Shown: in pieces, positions 28,786 to 38,278 of the stretch
How positions within the stretch are numbered: the stretch's first letter is position 1
How the letters are laid out: every line of letters starts with the position of its first letter
NCBI GenBank assembly: GCA_964574985.1
Contig: CAZNPH010000015.1
Location: 42,206-106,205 of the forward strand
Direction of reading: 5' to 3'
DNA from: an uncultured Bacteroidaceae bacterium
GTDB taxonomy: Bacteria; Bacteroidota; Bacteroidia; Bacteroidales; SM23-62
Length of the DNA stretch: 64,000 nt
Notes under the pieces: generated by a model
What the model saw: only the letters and a program-made list of their open reading frames with translations
Databases searched by the model: none
Told to the model about the DNA's origin: nothing
Translations under genes and position numbers: made by a program

Positions 28786-29154
28786 ATGCCGCTTGAAGTC
28801 ATAAAAAGCCGGATCAGGAGTTTCGGGTACGCCTTTTCCGGAATCCGTTCCATGCTGGTCACCCAGAAGAATGCATGGATCCATGCCCTGGCCACCCTGG
28901 TGGTGGTGGCATGCGGTTTTATTTTCCGTATCAACCAGTTCGAATGGTGCTGGATCCTGCTGGCCATCGTGACCGTGTGGACTGCCGAAGCCCTGAATAC
29001 GGCCTTTGAGTTCCTGGCCGATGTTGCGTCACCCAGTTTTCATCCCAAGGTCAAAAAAGCCAAGGACATTTCGGCGGCAGCTGTGCTGATCACAGCCGCC
29101 GGCGCCTTGTTGATCGGCCTTATCATTTTTATCCCTTATATCACTATGCCTTGA
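28786..29154 (+). CDS. dgkA: Diacylglycerol kinase (prokaryotic DgkA family)
   Basis: 122 aa with 3 TM segments. IRSFGYAFSGI, NAWIH and TAEALNTAFEFLAD are DgkA signatures. Confidence 0.85.
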   Translation: MPLEVIKSRIRSFGYAFSGIRSMLVTQKNAWIHALATLVVVACGFIFRINQFEWCWILLAIVTVWTAEALNTAFEFLADVASPSFHPKVKKAKDISAAAVLITAAGALLIGLIIFIPYITMP

Positions 29155-30259
29155 AATTGTATACCGGTCGGAGCATTTCGATTATATCGGCTGTTTCCCG
29201 GAGGTTCTGCATGATCTCGTTTTTGGATTTGTATGCTTCCGGTGCTTCGTCCTTGGTTTTTTCCGAAACGGTGGATGTCCACACCGCCTTCATGCTCTCC
29301 CTGAAATCCTTCAGCAGAATGTTTTTTTTGGCCTGGTTCCTGGACATGACCCGTCCGGCTCCGTGGGGTGCGGAAAAATTCCATTCGCTGTTGCCTTTTC
29401 CCTTTGCGATCAGACTCCCGTCGCGCATGTTGAAAGGGATGATGATCCGTTCATCTTGGTGGGCCGAGATGGCTCCCTTCCGGATGATCCCGTCCCGGAA
29501 ACTGATGTAGTTGTGAACACTTTCGATCTGTGTGCCCGGATCTTCGATCCCGAGGAAAAACAGGATCCTGCCGTTGATCACCTTCCGGTTCAGAGAGGCA
29601 TATTCCTGGGCCGTTTTCATATCCGCGATGTAATCCTCACGGTCTTCCCCTTCCAGGAATGCGAAATCCCTGGGGATGCCGGGGTGTTTTTGCTGGCAGA
29701 GCCGTTGGGCTTTTTTCTGATGCCAGGTAGCCACCTGAAGACCGAAATTCCTGGATCCGGTGTGGGTCACCAGCCAGTGTTCGTCCCGGGAATCCCCGGA
29801 TACCTCAATGAAATGGTTGCCTCCTCCCAGGCTTCCGATGCCCTTGAGCTGTTCATGGAAGTCAATCCCGAACTTGTCGCAGGTTTGCCTCATCCGGTTG
29901 ATAAAATCAACGGGGAATTCCCGTACATCCGCACTTTTGTTCCTTTTGAACCCGTAGGGTATGGCCCTGCGGATGAACTTGTCCATGGCACCGAAATCGA
30001 TCTCTCTTTTCCCGGTCCGGGTGGCCAGTATCCCGCAACCAATGTCCAGTCCGATCAAATTGGGCACCACCCGGCCGCTCAGGTTGGCCGTATATCCGAT
30101 CACACAACCTTTTCCTGCATGCACGTCGGGCATGATCCTGATCCGGATGTCGCGAAATACTTCCTGATCCACGAAATCCCGTATCTGTTTCCGGGATGCC
30201 TCGTCGAGATTGTCGCTGAAGACAACTGCCGTGTTATATTTCCCGGGGATCTCTGTCAT
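29144..30259 (-). CDS. rtcB: RNA ligase RtcB
   Basis: MPDVHAGKGCVIGYT, GLDIGCGI, GGGNHFIEV, HTGSRNFG and APHGAGR are present. I chose the start at ATG 30259 (MTEIPGKYNTAVVF) rather than 30295. The 3-prime end overlaps dgkA by 11 bp in convergent orientation. Confidence 0.85.
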   Translation of the reverse strand: MTEIPGKYNTAVVFSDNLDEASRKQIRDFVDQEVFRDIRIRIMPDVHAGKGCVIGYTANLSGRVVPNLIGLDIGCGILATRTGKREIDFGAMDKFIRRAIPYGFKRNKSADVREFPVDFINRMRQTCDKFGIDFHEQLKGIGSLGGGNHFIEVSGDSRDEHWLVTHTGSRNFGLQVATWHQKKAQRLCQQKHPGIPRDFAFLEGEDREDYIADMKTAQEYASLNRKVINGRILFFLGIEDPGTQIESVHNYISFRDGIIRKGAISAHQDERIIIPFNMRDGSLIAKGKGNSEWNFSAPHGAGRVMSRNQAKKNILLKDFRESMKAVWTSTVSEKTKDEAPEAYKSKNEIMQNLRETADIIEMLRPVYNFKA

Positions 30260-30326
30260 ATGAACGAATATATGAAACTTGTTCAACAAGATCAAGTCCT
30301 TTCATGGATGCTTGTTCAAAGATGGA

Positions 30327-30818
30327 TTATTTCAGGATTAGCTTACCGGCGTCTCCGAAGTTGTCATAGCCGGACACGATGACCCTTTCCCCCTCCCGGA
30401 GTCCGCTCAGCACTTCATAATACCTTGGATTTTGCCTGCCGATGCTGATCTCCCGCCTGCATGCAGAACCTTCATCCTCATTGATCACATAGACCCATTG
30501 TCCGCCGGTGCTTTGATAGAATCCACCCCGGGGGATCTCTCCGGTAAAGACCATGTCTGCATAAAAGCGTCCGTTTTCCACCTCCGGATATATTTTTATG
30601 ATCCTTCCCGGATAGGAAGTGCCGGCAAAATCACAACTGCCGGTTAGCCCTGTTTCAATCCGGGCAATATAATGCCCCTCAATTTCCACCCTGCCTCCCT
30701 CAATGGCATCCAGGTATATTGTCCTGATGGGCTCGACGGTCCCGATGACCGCGATGTAATCCTGGAAAATGTCACGCTCGACTCCATTCCAACCACGAAC
30801 TGATTCTTTTGAATGCAT
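30327..30818 (-). pseudogene. HlyD-family periplasmic adaptor remnant (163 codons, still an open frame)
   Basis: It keeps IGTVEPIRTIYLDAIEGGRVE, the beta-barrel piece GRIIKIYPEVENGRFYADMVF, and the C-terminal QSTGGQWVYVINEDEGSACRREISIGRQNPRYYEVLSGLREGERVIVSGY. It lacks the N-terminal TM segment and the coiled-coil hairpin. Full-length relatives are about 400 aa. Confidence 0.55.
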
Positions 30819-31009
30819 TACGTTCTTTACATCATTTATTATGCCAAATGGAATAATTGATTAATATACAGATAAATTTACAGTCCGGCTACAAATACGT
30901 TCCAAATCGGAGTGTCCGGTTTTGGGACATGTGCAGTACGATTCCGAACAATGGAAAATAATACGTAATTTTATCGCAGGAGAATACAACACCATTCATA
31001 GATATCCGG

Positions 31010-32386
31010 ATGAGCACCAAATCGGGAAAAATACTTGCAGTTGATGACAATGAAGACATCTTGTTTGCTCTGAGATTGCTGTTGAAGCAGCATGTTGAAC
31101 AGATCACCACCATCGCGGACCCGGAACGGGTACCCGGAGAACTGGAGAAGGAGGATTATGATGTGATGCTGCTGGATATGAATTTTACCAGGGATGCCAT
31201 CAGCGGCCAGGAAGGATTTGACTGGCTGGCAAAGATCCTTGAGATCGATCCGGATGCCGTGGTGGTGTTCATCACCGCATATGGCGACGCGGAGAAAGCC
31301 GTCAAGGCCATCAAGGCGGGCGCAACCGATTTCATCCTCAAACCCTGGCAGAACGAAAAGCTTATTGCCACGGTTTCTTCTTCTGTCAAGCTGAGGAGGT
31401 CCAGACTGGAAGCTAAAGGATTGAGGAACAGGCAACAGGAGATCAGCGCTGTACTTGACCAGCCTTTTCACGAATTTATCGGAAAGTCCCCGGAGATGCA
31501 GGAGGTTTTTACGGCAATCAGGAAGGTGGCTGTCACCGATGCCAACGTATTGGTGCTGGGAGAAAATGGTACAGGGAAGGAACTGGTGGCCCGGGCGTTG
31601 CATAGAAATTCATTTCGGAAAGATGAAGTTTTTATCAGCGTTGATCTGGGGGCCATTGCCGAAACTTTGTTTGAAAGCGAGCTGTTCGGTCATGAAAAAG
31701 GCGCGTTTACCGATGCAAAAAAACAAAAGCAGGGGAGATTCGAAATTGCTTCGGGTGGCACATTGTTTCTGGATGAGATCGGGAACCTCAGCACGGCCAT
31801 GCAAACCAAGCTGCTTACCGTCATCGAAAGAAAGGAAGTTACCCGGGTGGGAAGCAACAAACCCATTCAGGTGGATGTCAGACTGATATGTGCGACCAAT
31901 CACAACATCCATGAACTGGTCAGCGAAAACAAATTCAGGCAGGATCTGTTGTACCGGATCAATACCGTGGAGATCAAACTGCCTCCGCTGAGGGAAAGGA
32001 CCGGCGACATCCCCTTGCTGGTTGATCATTTTCTCAGGATATATTCGAAAAAATACAGGAAACCGGTCAAAGGGATCAGTTCTGCCGCCCTGAAAAAGTT
32101 CAGTCAATACCGTTGGCCCGGCAATGTGCGGGAGTTGCAGCACGCACTGGAACGGGCGGTCATCATGTGTGATTCGGATTTCCTGTCACCCGGTGATTTC
32201 CTGCTCAGTTCCCCGGAGCGCAGGGTCGACGACCTGGAACTGGAAACATACAATCTGGATGATGTAGAAAAAACCATTATCAGCAAAGTGCTGAAACAAT
32301 ATCAGGGGAACATCACCCAGGCAGCCGCGGAACTCGGTCTGACCAGAACCTCCCTGTACAGACGAATGGAAAAGCATGACCTTTAA
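31010..32386 (+). CDS. Sigma-54-dependent response regulator (NtrC/AtoC family)
   Basis: 458 aa. REC domain: ILAVDDNEDI...DVMLLDMNF. AAA+ domain: GENGTGKE, GAFTDA, LFLDEIG. C-terminal Fis-type HTH: ITQAAAELGLTRTSLYRRM. Confidence 0.9.
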   Translation: MSTKSGKILAVDDNEDILFALRLLLKQHVEQITTIADPERVPGELEKEDYDVMLLDMNFTRDAISGQEGFDWLAKILEIDPDAVVVFITAYGDAEKAVKAIKAGATDFILKPWQNEKLIATVSSSVKLRRSRLEAKGLRNRQQEISAVLDQPFHEFIGKSPEMQEVFTAIRKVAVTDANVLVLGENGTGKELVARALHRNSFRKDEVFISVDLGAIAETLFESELFGHEKGAFTDAKKQKQGRFEIASGGTLFLDEIGNLSTAMQTKLLTVIERKEVTRVGSNKPIQVDVRLICATNHNIHELVSENKFRQDLLYRINTVEIKLPPLRERTGDIPLLVDHFLRIYSKKYRKPVKGISSAALKKFSQYRWPGNVRELQHALERAVIMCDSDFLSPGDFLLSSPERRVDDLELETYNLDDVEKTIISKVLKQYQGNITQAAAELGLTRTSLYRRMEKHDL

Positions 32387-33731
32387 GAATTTCAGGCTAA
32401 ATATCATAATTCGCGTCCTATTGCTGGCTGCATCGGTATTCCTGTTCTTTTATTTTCTGGGCACGGAATACAGGGTGATCGTTTTTTTGACCGGACTACT
32501 GGTCATTGTGCTTGAAGTTTATTCGATGATCCGTCTGGTTGACAGGACGAACAGGGATCTGGCCAATTTTCTGGAGTCCATCCGGTTTTCCGACTTCACC
32601 CGTTCTTTCCGGATCGACGGAATGGGATCTTCATTCGATGACCTGAACCGTGCCTTTAATGATGTGATCCGGGATTTCCAGGAAGTCCGGTCGGAGAAGG
32701 AAGAACATTTCCATTACTTGCAGAGCATTGTGCAGAATATCGATGTGAGCATCATAGTCTACCGCAAGGACGGGACGGTGGAGATGATCAACAAGGCGGC
32801 CAAGAAATTGTTCCAGGTATACGGACTCAGGAATGTGAACGGACTCCGGAAGGTCAGCGGGGAACTTGTCGATACCCTTCTGAACATTCAGCCGGGGGAA
32901 AATACGCTGGTCAAGGTCCGGGACGAGGATGACATTCTCCAACTGGCCGTTTATGCCACGGAGTTCAAGGTCAAGGGAAAACTGATCATCCTGGCCACCA
33001 TCAACAACATTCAGAATGTTCTGGAAGAACAGGAAACAGAGGCCTGGCAGAAACTGATCCGGGTGCTGACCCATGAGATCATGAATTCCATCACACCCAT
33101 CGCTTCGCTGTCCTCCACCCTGGAGCTCATGCTCAAGGGCATTGCAGAAGAAGGTGATATCAGGAGGGACATGGATATGGACACGGTACTCGAGATACAG
33201 AGCGCTTTGCAGACCATCAACAAAAGAAGTACCGGATTGCTGCATTTCGTGAATACATACCGGAACCTGACCCGGATCCCCAAACCGAACTTCAGGATTT
33301 TCAGGGTGGCGGAATTGTTCAGGAATATCGAGCTGTTGATGGAAGAGGAACTGAGCGAAAAGAAAGTGGATTTTGTGATCCGTGTCGATCCGCAGGATAT
33401 GGAGCTCTCGGCGGATGAACAACTGATCGAGCAGGTACTCATCAATCTGATGCGCAATTCCCTGCATGCACTGGAGAACCGCAGGGACGGCCGGATCGAA
33501 CTGAAAGCTTTTGTCAACAAACGGGGACGTGTGACCATGCAGGTTTCCGACAACGGGAAAGGCATCCTTCCCGATGTGCTGGATAAGATCTTCATTCCCT
33601 TCTTTACCACCAAGCCAAGCGGATCGGGGATCGGACTCAGTCTCTCCCGGCAGATACTCCGGCTGCATAACGGGACCATGTCCGCCCAGTCCGTTCCCGG
33701 CAAGGAAACAATATTTACACTGACATATTGA
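32376..33731 (+). CDS. Sensor histidine kinase (2 TM, PAS-like, HisKA, HATPase_c)
   Basis: 451 aa, overlapping the regulator gene by 11 nt. H-box: LTHEIMNSITPI. N/G boxes: NLMRNSLHA, DNGKGI, GSGIGLSLSRQI. Confidence 0.85.
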   Translation: MTFKNFRLNIIIRVLLLAASVFLFFYFLGTEYRVIVFLTGLLVIVLEVYSMIRLVDRTNRDLANFLESIRFSDFTRSFRIDGMGSSFDDLNRAFNDVIRDFQEVRSEKEEHFHYLQSIVQNIDVSIIVYRKDGTVEMINKAAKKLFQVYGLRNVNGLRKVSGELVDTLLNIQPGENTLVKVRDEDDILQLAVYATEFKVKGKLIILATINNIQNVLEEQETEAWQKLIRVLTHEIMNSITPIASLSSTLELMLKGIAEEGDIRRDMDMDTVLEIQSALQTINKRSTGLLHFVNTYRNLTRIPKPNFRIFRVAELFRNIELLMEEELSEKKVDFVIRVDPQDMELSADEQLIEQVLINLMRNSLHALENRRDGRIELKAFVNKRGRVTMQVSDNGKGILPDVLDKIFIPFFTTKPSGSGIGLSLSRQILRLHNGTMSAQSVPGKETIFTLTY

Positions 33732-33792
33732 AATAACGATACATTAATATTCCAAACGGATTGAACAGTTATTTTTTTCAAAAAATAATAAC

Positions 33793-34110
33793 CATGATGA
33801 GAAAAATACTTTTTCTTTTGTTGCTGGGCGGAATCCTGTCCTGCAGTGTGTCGGCGCAGGTATCAAACCGGGACTTGATCTCAGGATCCGGTATGGCGTG
33901 GTGAAGGGCTCAGATTATTTCGGAGCCGATCTTGAATGGCTGCTCATGCCGGGCAAACCCAACGTGTCCCTGGTCACCGGGGCGCATGTGCGGAGTGATG
34001 CCGGACTGGATGCCGGTTGGTGCGGAGGTATATCTTCAGCAAAACATGTCCCTGATCCTGGAGGCAGGGATCCCGGCTTCAGACAATGCCTTCAATATTT
34101 CCGGCGGTAA
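33793..34110 (+). pseudogene. Outer-membrane beta-barrel (porin-family-like) remnant
   Basis: The signal peptide MMRKILFLLLLGGILSCSVSAQ is followed by a stop after 36 codons. A second frame continues as VKGSDYFGADLEWLLMPGKPNVSLVTGAHVRSD. The total is far shorter than a barrel protein. Confidence 0.4.
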
Positions 34111-35702
34111 ACACACCGGCCGCCGATGTATGTTTGCAGGACACTGACGGAGGGGATACCGGCTTCGGGGATATTCATAAGGTCTTCCGCGGTAATGGCC
34201 AGATCGGCCATTTTCCCTTCTTCGATGCTTCCCCTGACATCTTCTTCGAAAGCGGCTTTTGCCGCCCAGATGGTCATGCTTCTCATGGCCTGTTCCCTGG
34301 ATAAGGCATTTTCCGGCTGGTAACCCCCCGGCGGGTATCCTTTCAGGTCTTTCCGGGCAATGGCGGCATAAAAGCCAAGCAGGGGATTGATGCTCTCCAC
34401 GGGAAAGTCGCTCCCGTTGCACAGCCATCCGTTTTGTTCGAACAGATCCCTGAATGTATAGGCATTCCTGGTCCTTTCCGGCCCCAGCCGGTCCGGTGCC
34501 CAGGGCATATCCGAGGGGCAATGGGTGGTCTGGATGGAAGGAATGACCGAATAACGGCCGAAAAGCTCCAGGTCCGCCGGATCTACCACCTGGGCATGTT
34601 CTATCCTCCATCTCAGGTCATTGGGTTCTTTGAGCAGGCTCCCGTAGATTGCAAGGACCGTTCTGACCGCACTGTCACCGATGCAATGGGTGTTCACCTG
34701 GTAGCCGTAATGAAGGGCCTTTTTGCAGATCCCGGCGAGTTCATCCCGGCTGGCAAGGGACAATCCGTAATTGCCGGGATCATCGGAATATGGTTCCAGC
34801 AAAAGGGCGCCCCTTGAACCGAGTGCCCCGTCGGCGTACAATTTGACCGACCGGACATGCAGGTGCGGGGTGCGGAATACCCCCCTGTGCATGAATTGTT
34901 CCAGTGAAGATTCTTCGGGTACAAGCATGGCGTAGATCCTGATATGCAGTTTTCCGCTCCGGTTCAGGGGATCGATCATGTTCAGGGCCCCGGGTGCAAG
35001 TCCGGCATCATGCACCGAGGTAAGTCCCACACTGAAGCAATCCTTCTGGGCGGCCAGCAGGGCACCGGCCATTTCTTCCTCAGAGGGATCGGGGATGTGT
35101 CCGGCCACCCGTTCGATGGCATGGTCGATCAAAATGCCGGTGATCTCATTGTTTTCGGTCAGGATGGCGCCCCCTTCGATTTCTTCTCCTGCATGAATGC
35201 CGGCGATCTCCAGTGCGGCGGTATTGGCCAGGGCTGCATGTCCGTCTATTCTTCTGAGCAGGGCCGGTGTACCGGGAAAAAGGCGGTCCAGTTGGGCTTT
35301 GCGGGGGAAATTTTTGTTTTCCCAGTCATTCTGGTCCCAGCCCCGGCCGGTTATCCATGCCGGGGAAGGAAATTCCCGGCGGTGCGCGGCAATGCGGCCC
35401 AGTACTTCTTCAAAGGAAGACGTCCCCGTCAGGTCCGCTTCCGCAAGGCTCAATCCATACTCATAAAAATGGCAGTGTGCATCAATGAAACCGGGATAAA
35501 CACATTTGCCCTGCAAATCCAGGTTTTCTTTTGCTTCGAACCGTTTCAGGATATCTTTATTTTTTCCGACTGCCAGGATCTTTCCGTCCTTGATGGCAAT
35601 GCATTCCGCAATGCTGAATTCTTTGTCCACAGTATATATTGTACCGTTGTGCAGGATCAGGTCGGCCATTTGGGTTTTGTTTTTACATGAGAATTCAGGC
35701 AT
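34092..35702 (-). CDS. Amidohydrolase family protein (Amidohydro_3 / YtcJ-like metal-dependent hydrolase)
   Basis: ILHNGTIYTVD, YPGFIDAHCHF, VNTHCIGD, NGSDFPVE and MADLAI are present. I set the start at ATG 35702 (ATG 35669 is also possible). The longer track ORF overlaps the upstream gene. Confidence 0.8.
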   Translation of the reverse strand: MPEFSCKNKTQMADLILHNGTIYTVDKEFSIAECIAIKDGKILAVGKNKDILKRFEAKENLDLQGKCVYPGFIDAHCHFYEYGLSLAEADLTGTSSFEEVLGRIAAHRREFPSPAWITGRGWDQNDWENKNFPRKAQLDRLFPGTPALLRRIDGHAALANTAALEIAGIHAGEEIEGGAILTENNEITGILIDHAIERVAGHIPDPSEEEMAGALLAAQKDCFSVGLTSVHDAGLAPGALNMIDPLNRSGKLHIRIYAMLVPEESSLEQFMHRGVFRTPHLHVRSVKLYADGALGSRGALLLEPYSDDPGNYGLSLASRDELAGICKKALHYGYQVNTHCIGDSAVRTVLAIYGSLLKEPNDLRWRIEHAQVVDPADLELFGRYSVIPSIQTTHCPSDMPWAPDRLGPERTRNAYTFRDLFEQNGWLCNGSDFPVESINPLLGFYAAIARKDLKGYPPGGYQPENALSREQAMRSMTIWAAKAAFEEDVRGSIEEGKMADLAITAEDLMNIPEAGIPSVSVLQTYIGGRCVYRRKY

Positions 35703-35712
35703 TGCTTCCTCA

Positions 35713-37116
35713 TCATGGATTGGTTTTTTCGAATGCCCCCAGGTCCGGACCTGCATCGGACAACCGGTTGACCCCATTCATATCTTCCGGGAATTGTTCT
35801 GCGATCTCCACCGATCCGGCATCCAGTGCAGGTGAAAGGGAGTCGGGTTCGAACACCGAATTTACAACGGATGCAAAAAGCGGGTCTTCCTGATTGATCA
35901 GGGCGTTGAAATGTTCCCGGTCCTCCAGGTCGAACAGCCGGTCATCAATCCGGGCCAGACAATGATCGAGGGTAAAGTTCATGATGCCGCCGGGATGTTT
36001 GTCGGTTTCGAATTCGCTTTCATGGGAGCCGTATATGATGCAGTTTCCAAAAAAGGCCTTGTCGATGGCCCTCAGCTGGATGTTCCCGTATATATCTTCA
36101 TAGTAATTGTTCAGGACCACCGATGGGGTTGAACGGCTGGAATACTTCCAGTAGTTGGCCATGGTGCAGTGGTAGAATTCATAACTGCCTCCGATGGTCA
36201 GCGCCAGCAGGTACTGTCCGCAATTGGCAAACAGGCAGTTGTCTGCCACAATGGTGGTGCCCAGTCCGTATATTGCGGCCGAGGTCATGTTCTCGATCCT
36301 GCAACCCGAAAGCCGGACCGTGGGATGGTCATATCCGCCCAGGGTGTCGGCCCGGATGCCGATGATGGCATTTTTCATATGTACGTACCGGAGGTCGTTG
36401 TCCTTGCTTCCCGGAAGGAACCAGATGCCGTCCCATTGTCCCGGGATGTCCTGGTACATCTTTTCCAGCCGGTCTCCTTCCATGATGACCGGCTGATCCT
36501 GTTCCCCGCCGGCGATCAATGTTCCGGCAACATACATCCTGGATTCCCGGTGAAAGTGCAATCTGGCCCCGGCCTCAATATTCAGTACCGCCTGTGTATC
36601 CACAAGCATGGAATTGATGATCAGGTAAGGTTTGTCTGCTGTCCAGGTGGTTGTGCCGATGATTTCCCCGTCGATCTTATGTACATCCTGGCCCCAGGCA
36701 ACAATATCCACATCCTGAATATTCCCGTTGTTGACAAATACGATGGAATCATGGATCATCAGCAGTCCGTCCCCGTTGTTGGGATCCATGGTGACCTCGA
36801 CAAAGATGTACATGCTGTCTCCGGGTGGCAATTCAACCTCACTGGCCCTGGTGGCCGGATCCCCGTCAATGTTGATACGGAAAACCGATTTTTCACCCCC
36901 GGCCAGACGGATCTCATCGATCCGGATGTAATCCTCTTCGGGATTGTAGACTTTGAGTTGTTGGGTGGTTGATCCGACGGTGGTAAAAATGGTATCGAAC
37001 CAGACCGTATCGCTTGAAAATTCAAGGATGACCGGGCGGTCAGTAAAAATGTGATCCCGTTCGCAGGAAAACCCCAGCAAACACAATGCGACTGCAAACC
37101 ATAAATCCCTCATCAA
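35713..37116 (-). CDS. Right-handed beta-helix lipoprotein (choice-of-anchor-Q-like C-terminus)
   Basis: 467 aa. The lipobox is LLGFSC. The body is repetitive and G/N/I-rich. The C-terminus SPALDAGSVE...DMNGVNRLSDAGPDLGAFE is typical of beta-helix surface proteins. Confidence 0.55.
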   Translation of the reverse strand: MMRDLWFAVALCLLGFSCERDHIFTDRPVILEFSSDTVWFDTIFTTVGSTTQQLKVYNPEEDYIRIDEIRLAGGEKSVFRINIDGDPATRASEVELPPGDSMYIFVEVTMDPNNGDGLLMIHDSIVFVNNGNIQDVDIVAWGQDVHKIDGEIIGTTTWTADKPYLIINSMLVDTQAVLNIEAGARLHFHRESRMYVAGTLIAGGEQDQPVIMEGDRLEKMYQDIPGQWDGIWFLPGSKDNDLRYVHMKNAIIGIRADTLGGYDHPTVRLSGCRIENMTSAAIYGLGTTIVADNCLFANCGQYLLALTIGGSYEFYHCTMANYWKYSSRSTPSVVLNNYYEDIYGNIQLRAIDKAFFGNCIIYGSHESEFETDKHPGGIMNFTLDHCLARIDDRLFDLEDREHFNALINQEDPLFASVVNSVFEPDSLSPALDAGSVEIAEQFPEDMNGVNRLSDAGPDLGAFEKTNP

Positions 37117-37190
37117 ACGGCTCGTTGATTCACCGGTTTATTAAACGGCTTCCGGACGCAATAATTATCAACCGGTCCCGGGAAATGACA

Positions 37191-38126
37191 TCATTTAACT
37201 GCTTTTGATTCTCTGGCATCGGAGAGCCGGACGTCCAGCTCATCGATTTTTTCTCCCCAGTAAACCGTGGTGTGCGGGAAGGGGATTTCGATGCCGCTCT
37301 TGTCGAATGCATGTTTCAGTCTCCTCCGGAATTCGCGGCCCACGGTCCATTGCTGGATGGGCTTGGTTTTGATCCTGGCCTTGATCACCACGGCGCTGTC
37401 GCCGAACTGATCCACACCGAAAATTTCAATGGGTTCAGTGATGTGATCTCTGTATCCGGGGTCATTGGCCATTTCTTCCCCGACTTCCCGGATGATCCGG
37501 GTGACCTCATCCGTGTTTTCCTTGTAGGCAACACCGATGTCAAAGACCATGGCCGACCATTTCTTGGTCATATTGGACAGGGAATTGATCTTTCCGTTCT
37601 GAAATACATGGACCACGCCGGACAAATCCCTGAGGGTTACTGTGCGGATGCCGATGCTCTCCACCAATCCGCCTGTCCCGTTGATCACGGCAACATCTCC
37701 CGTTCTGATCTGGTTTTCCATCAGCATGAAAAATCCGGAGATCATATCCCGTACCAGTTCCTGGGAGCCGAAACCTACGGCCAGTCCCACGATCCCTGCA
37801 CCTGCGATCAGCGGACCGATGTTTACACCCAGTTTTCCGAGCAGAATCATGCCGAAAATGGTCCATATGGCGATCTTTCCGCTGACCCTGAGGATACTGG
37901 TAAGGGTCCTGGCCCTTTTTTCGGTTTCAGCAGCTTCTTTTTCCGGATCTTTTTCCGCCCGGTGAACGATCACGGACTGGACTTTCCTGAGTCCGATCTT
38001 CAGGAATCTGAGCGAGATAAGGGCCAGTATCAGGATCAGTATGATCGGCGGCAGTGAATTGACCAGCCATCCGGTCACCGTTTCCAGCAAGGTCTGCCAG
38101 AATTCCTGGGTGAATAATTCTTTCAT
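37191..38126 (-). CDS. Mechanosensitive ion channel (MscS family)
   Basis: It has TM helices, then the conserved LVRDMISGFFMLMENQIRTGDVAVING...VESIGIRTVTLRD beta-domain. I preferred ATG at 38126 over the TTG at 38168 used by the track. Confidence 0.85.
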   Translation of the reverse strand: MKELFTQEFWQTLLETVTGWLVNSLPPIILILILALISLRFLKIGLRKVQSVIVHRAEKDPEKEAAETEKRARTLTSILRVSGKIAIWTIFGMILLGKLGVNIGPLIAGAGIVGLAVGFGSQELVRDMISGFFMLMENQIRTGDVAVINGTGGLVESIGIRTVTLRDLSGVVHVFQNGKINSLSNMTKKWSAMVFDIGVAYKENTDEVTRIIREVGEEMANDPGYRDHITEPIEIFGVDQFGDSAVVIKARIKTKPIQQWTVGREFRRRLKHAFDKSGIEIPFPHTTVYWGEKIDELDVRLSDARESKAVK

Positions 38127-38278
38127 GCCTGTGTATATTTTTTTGTTTGAATGATTTACGATAGGCAAAGTTACAATCTAATAGGGAAAAACCCATATGG
38201 CCGGGATGTTTTGACCGGATGTGCCCTGATAACCTCGGGTTCCGGCTGATTTTTGCCTTCCCGGGGCATAAAGGATTG

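Noticed and set aside
30830-30847. A possible sigma-54 promoter (minus strand TGGCAT-N5-ATGA) upstream of the HlyD stub. A second near-match, TGGAAC..TTGT, lies further upstream.
   Set aside because: The -12 element deviates from TTGC in two of four positions. The box would leave almost no 5-prime UTR. It is mentioned only as context for the orphaned regulator.
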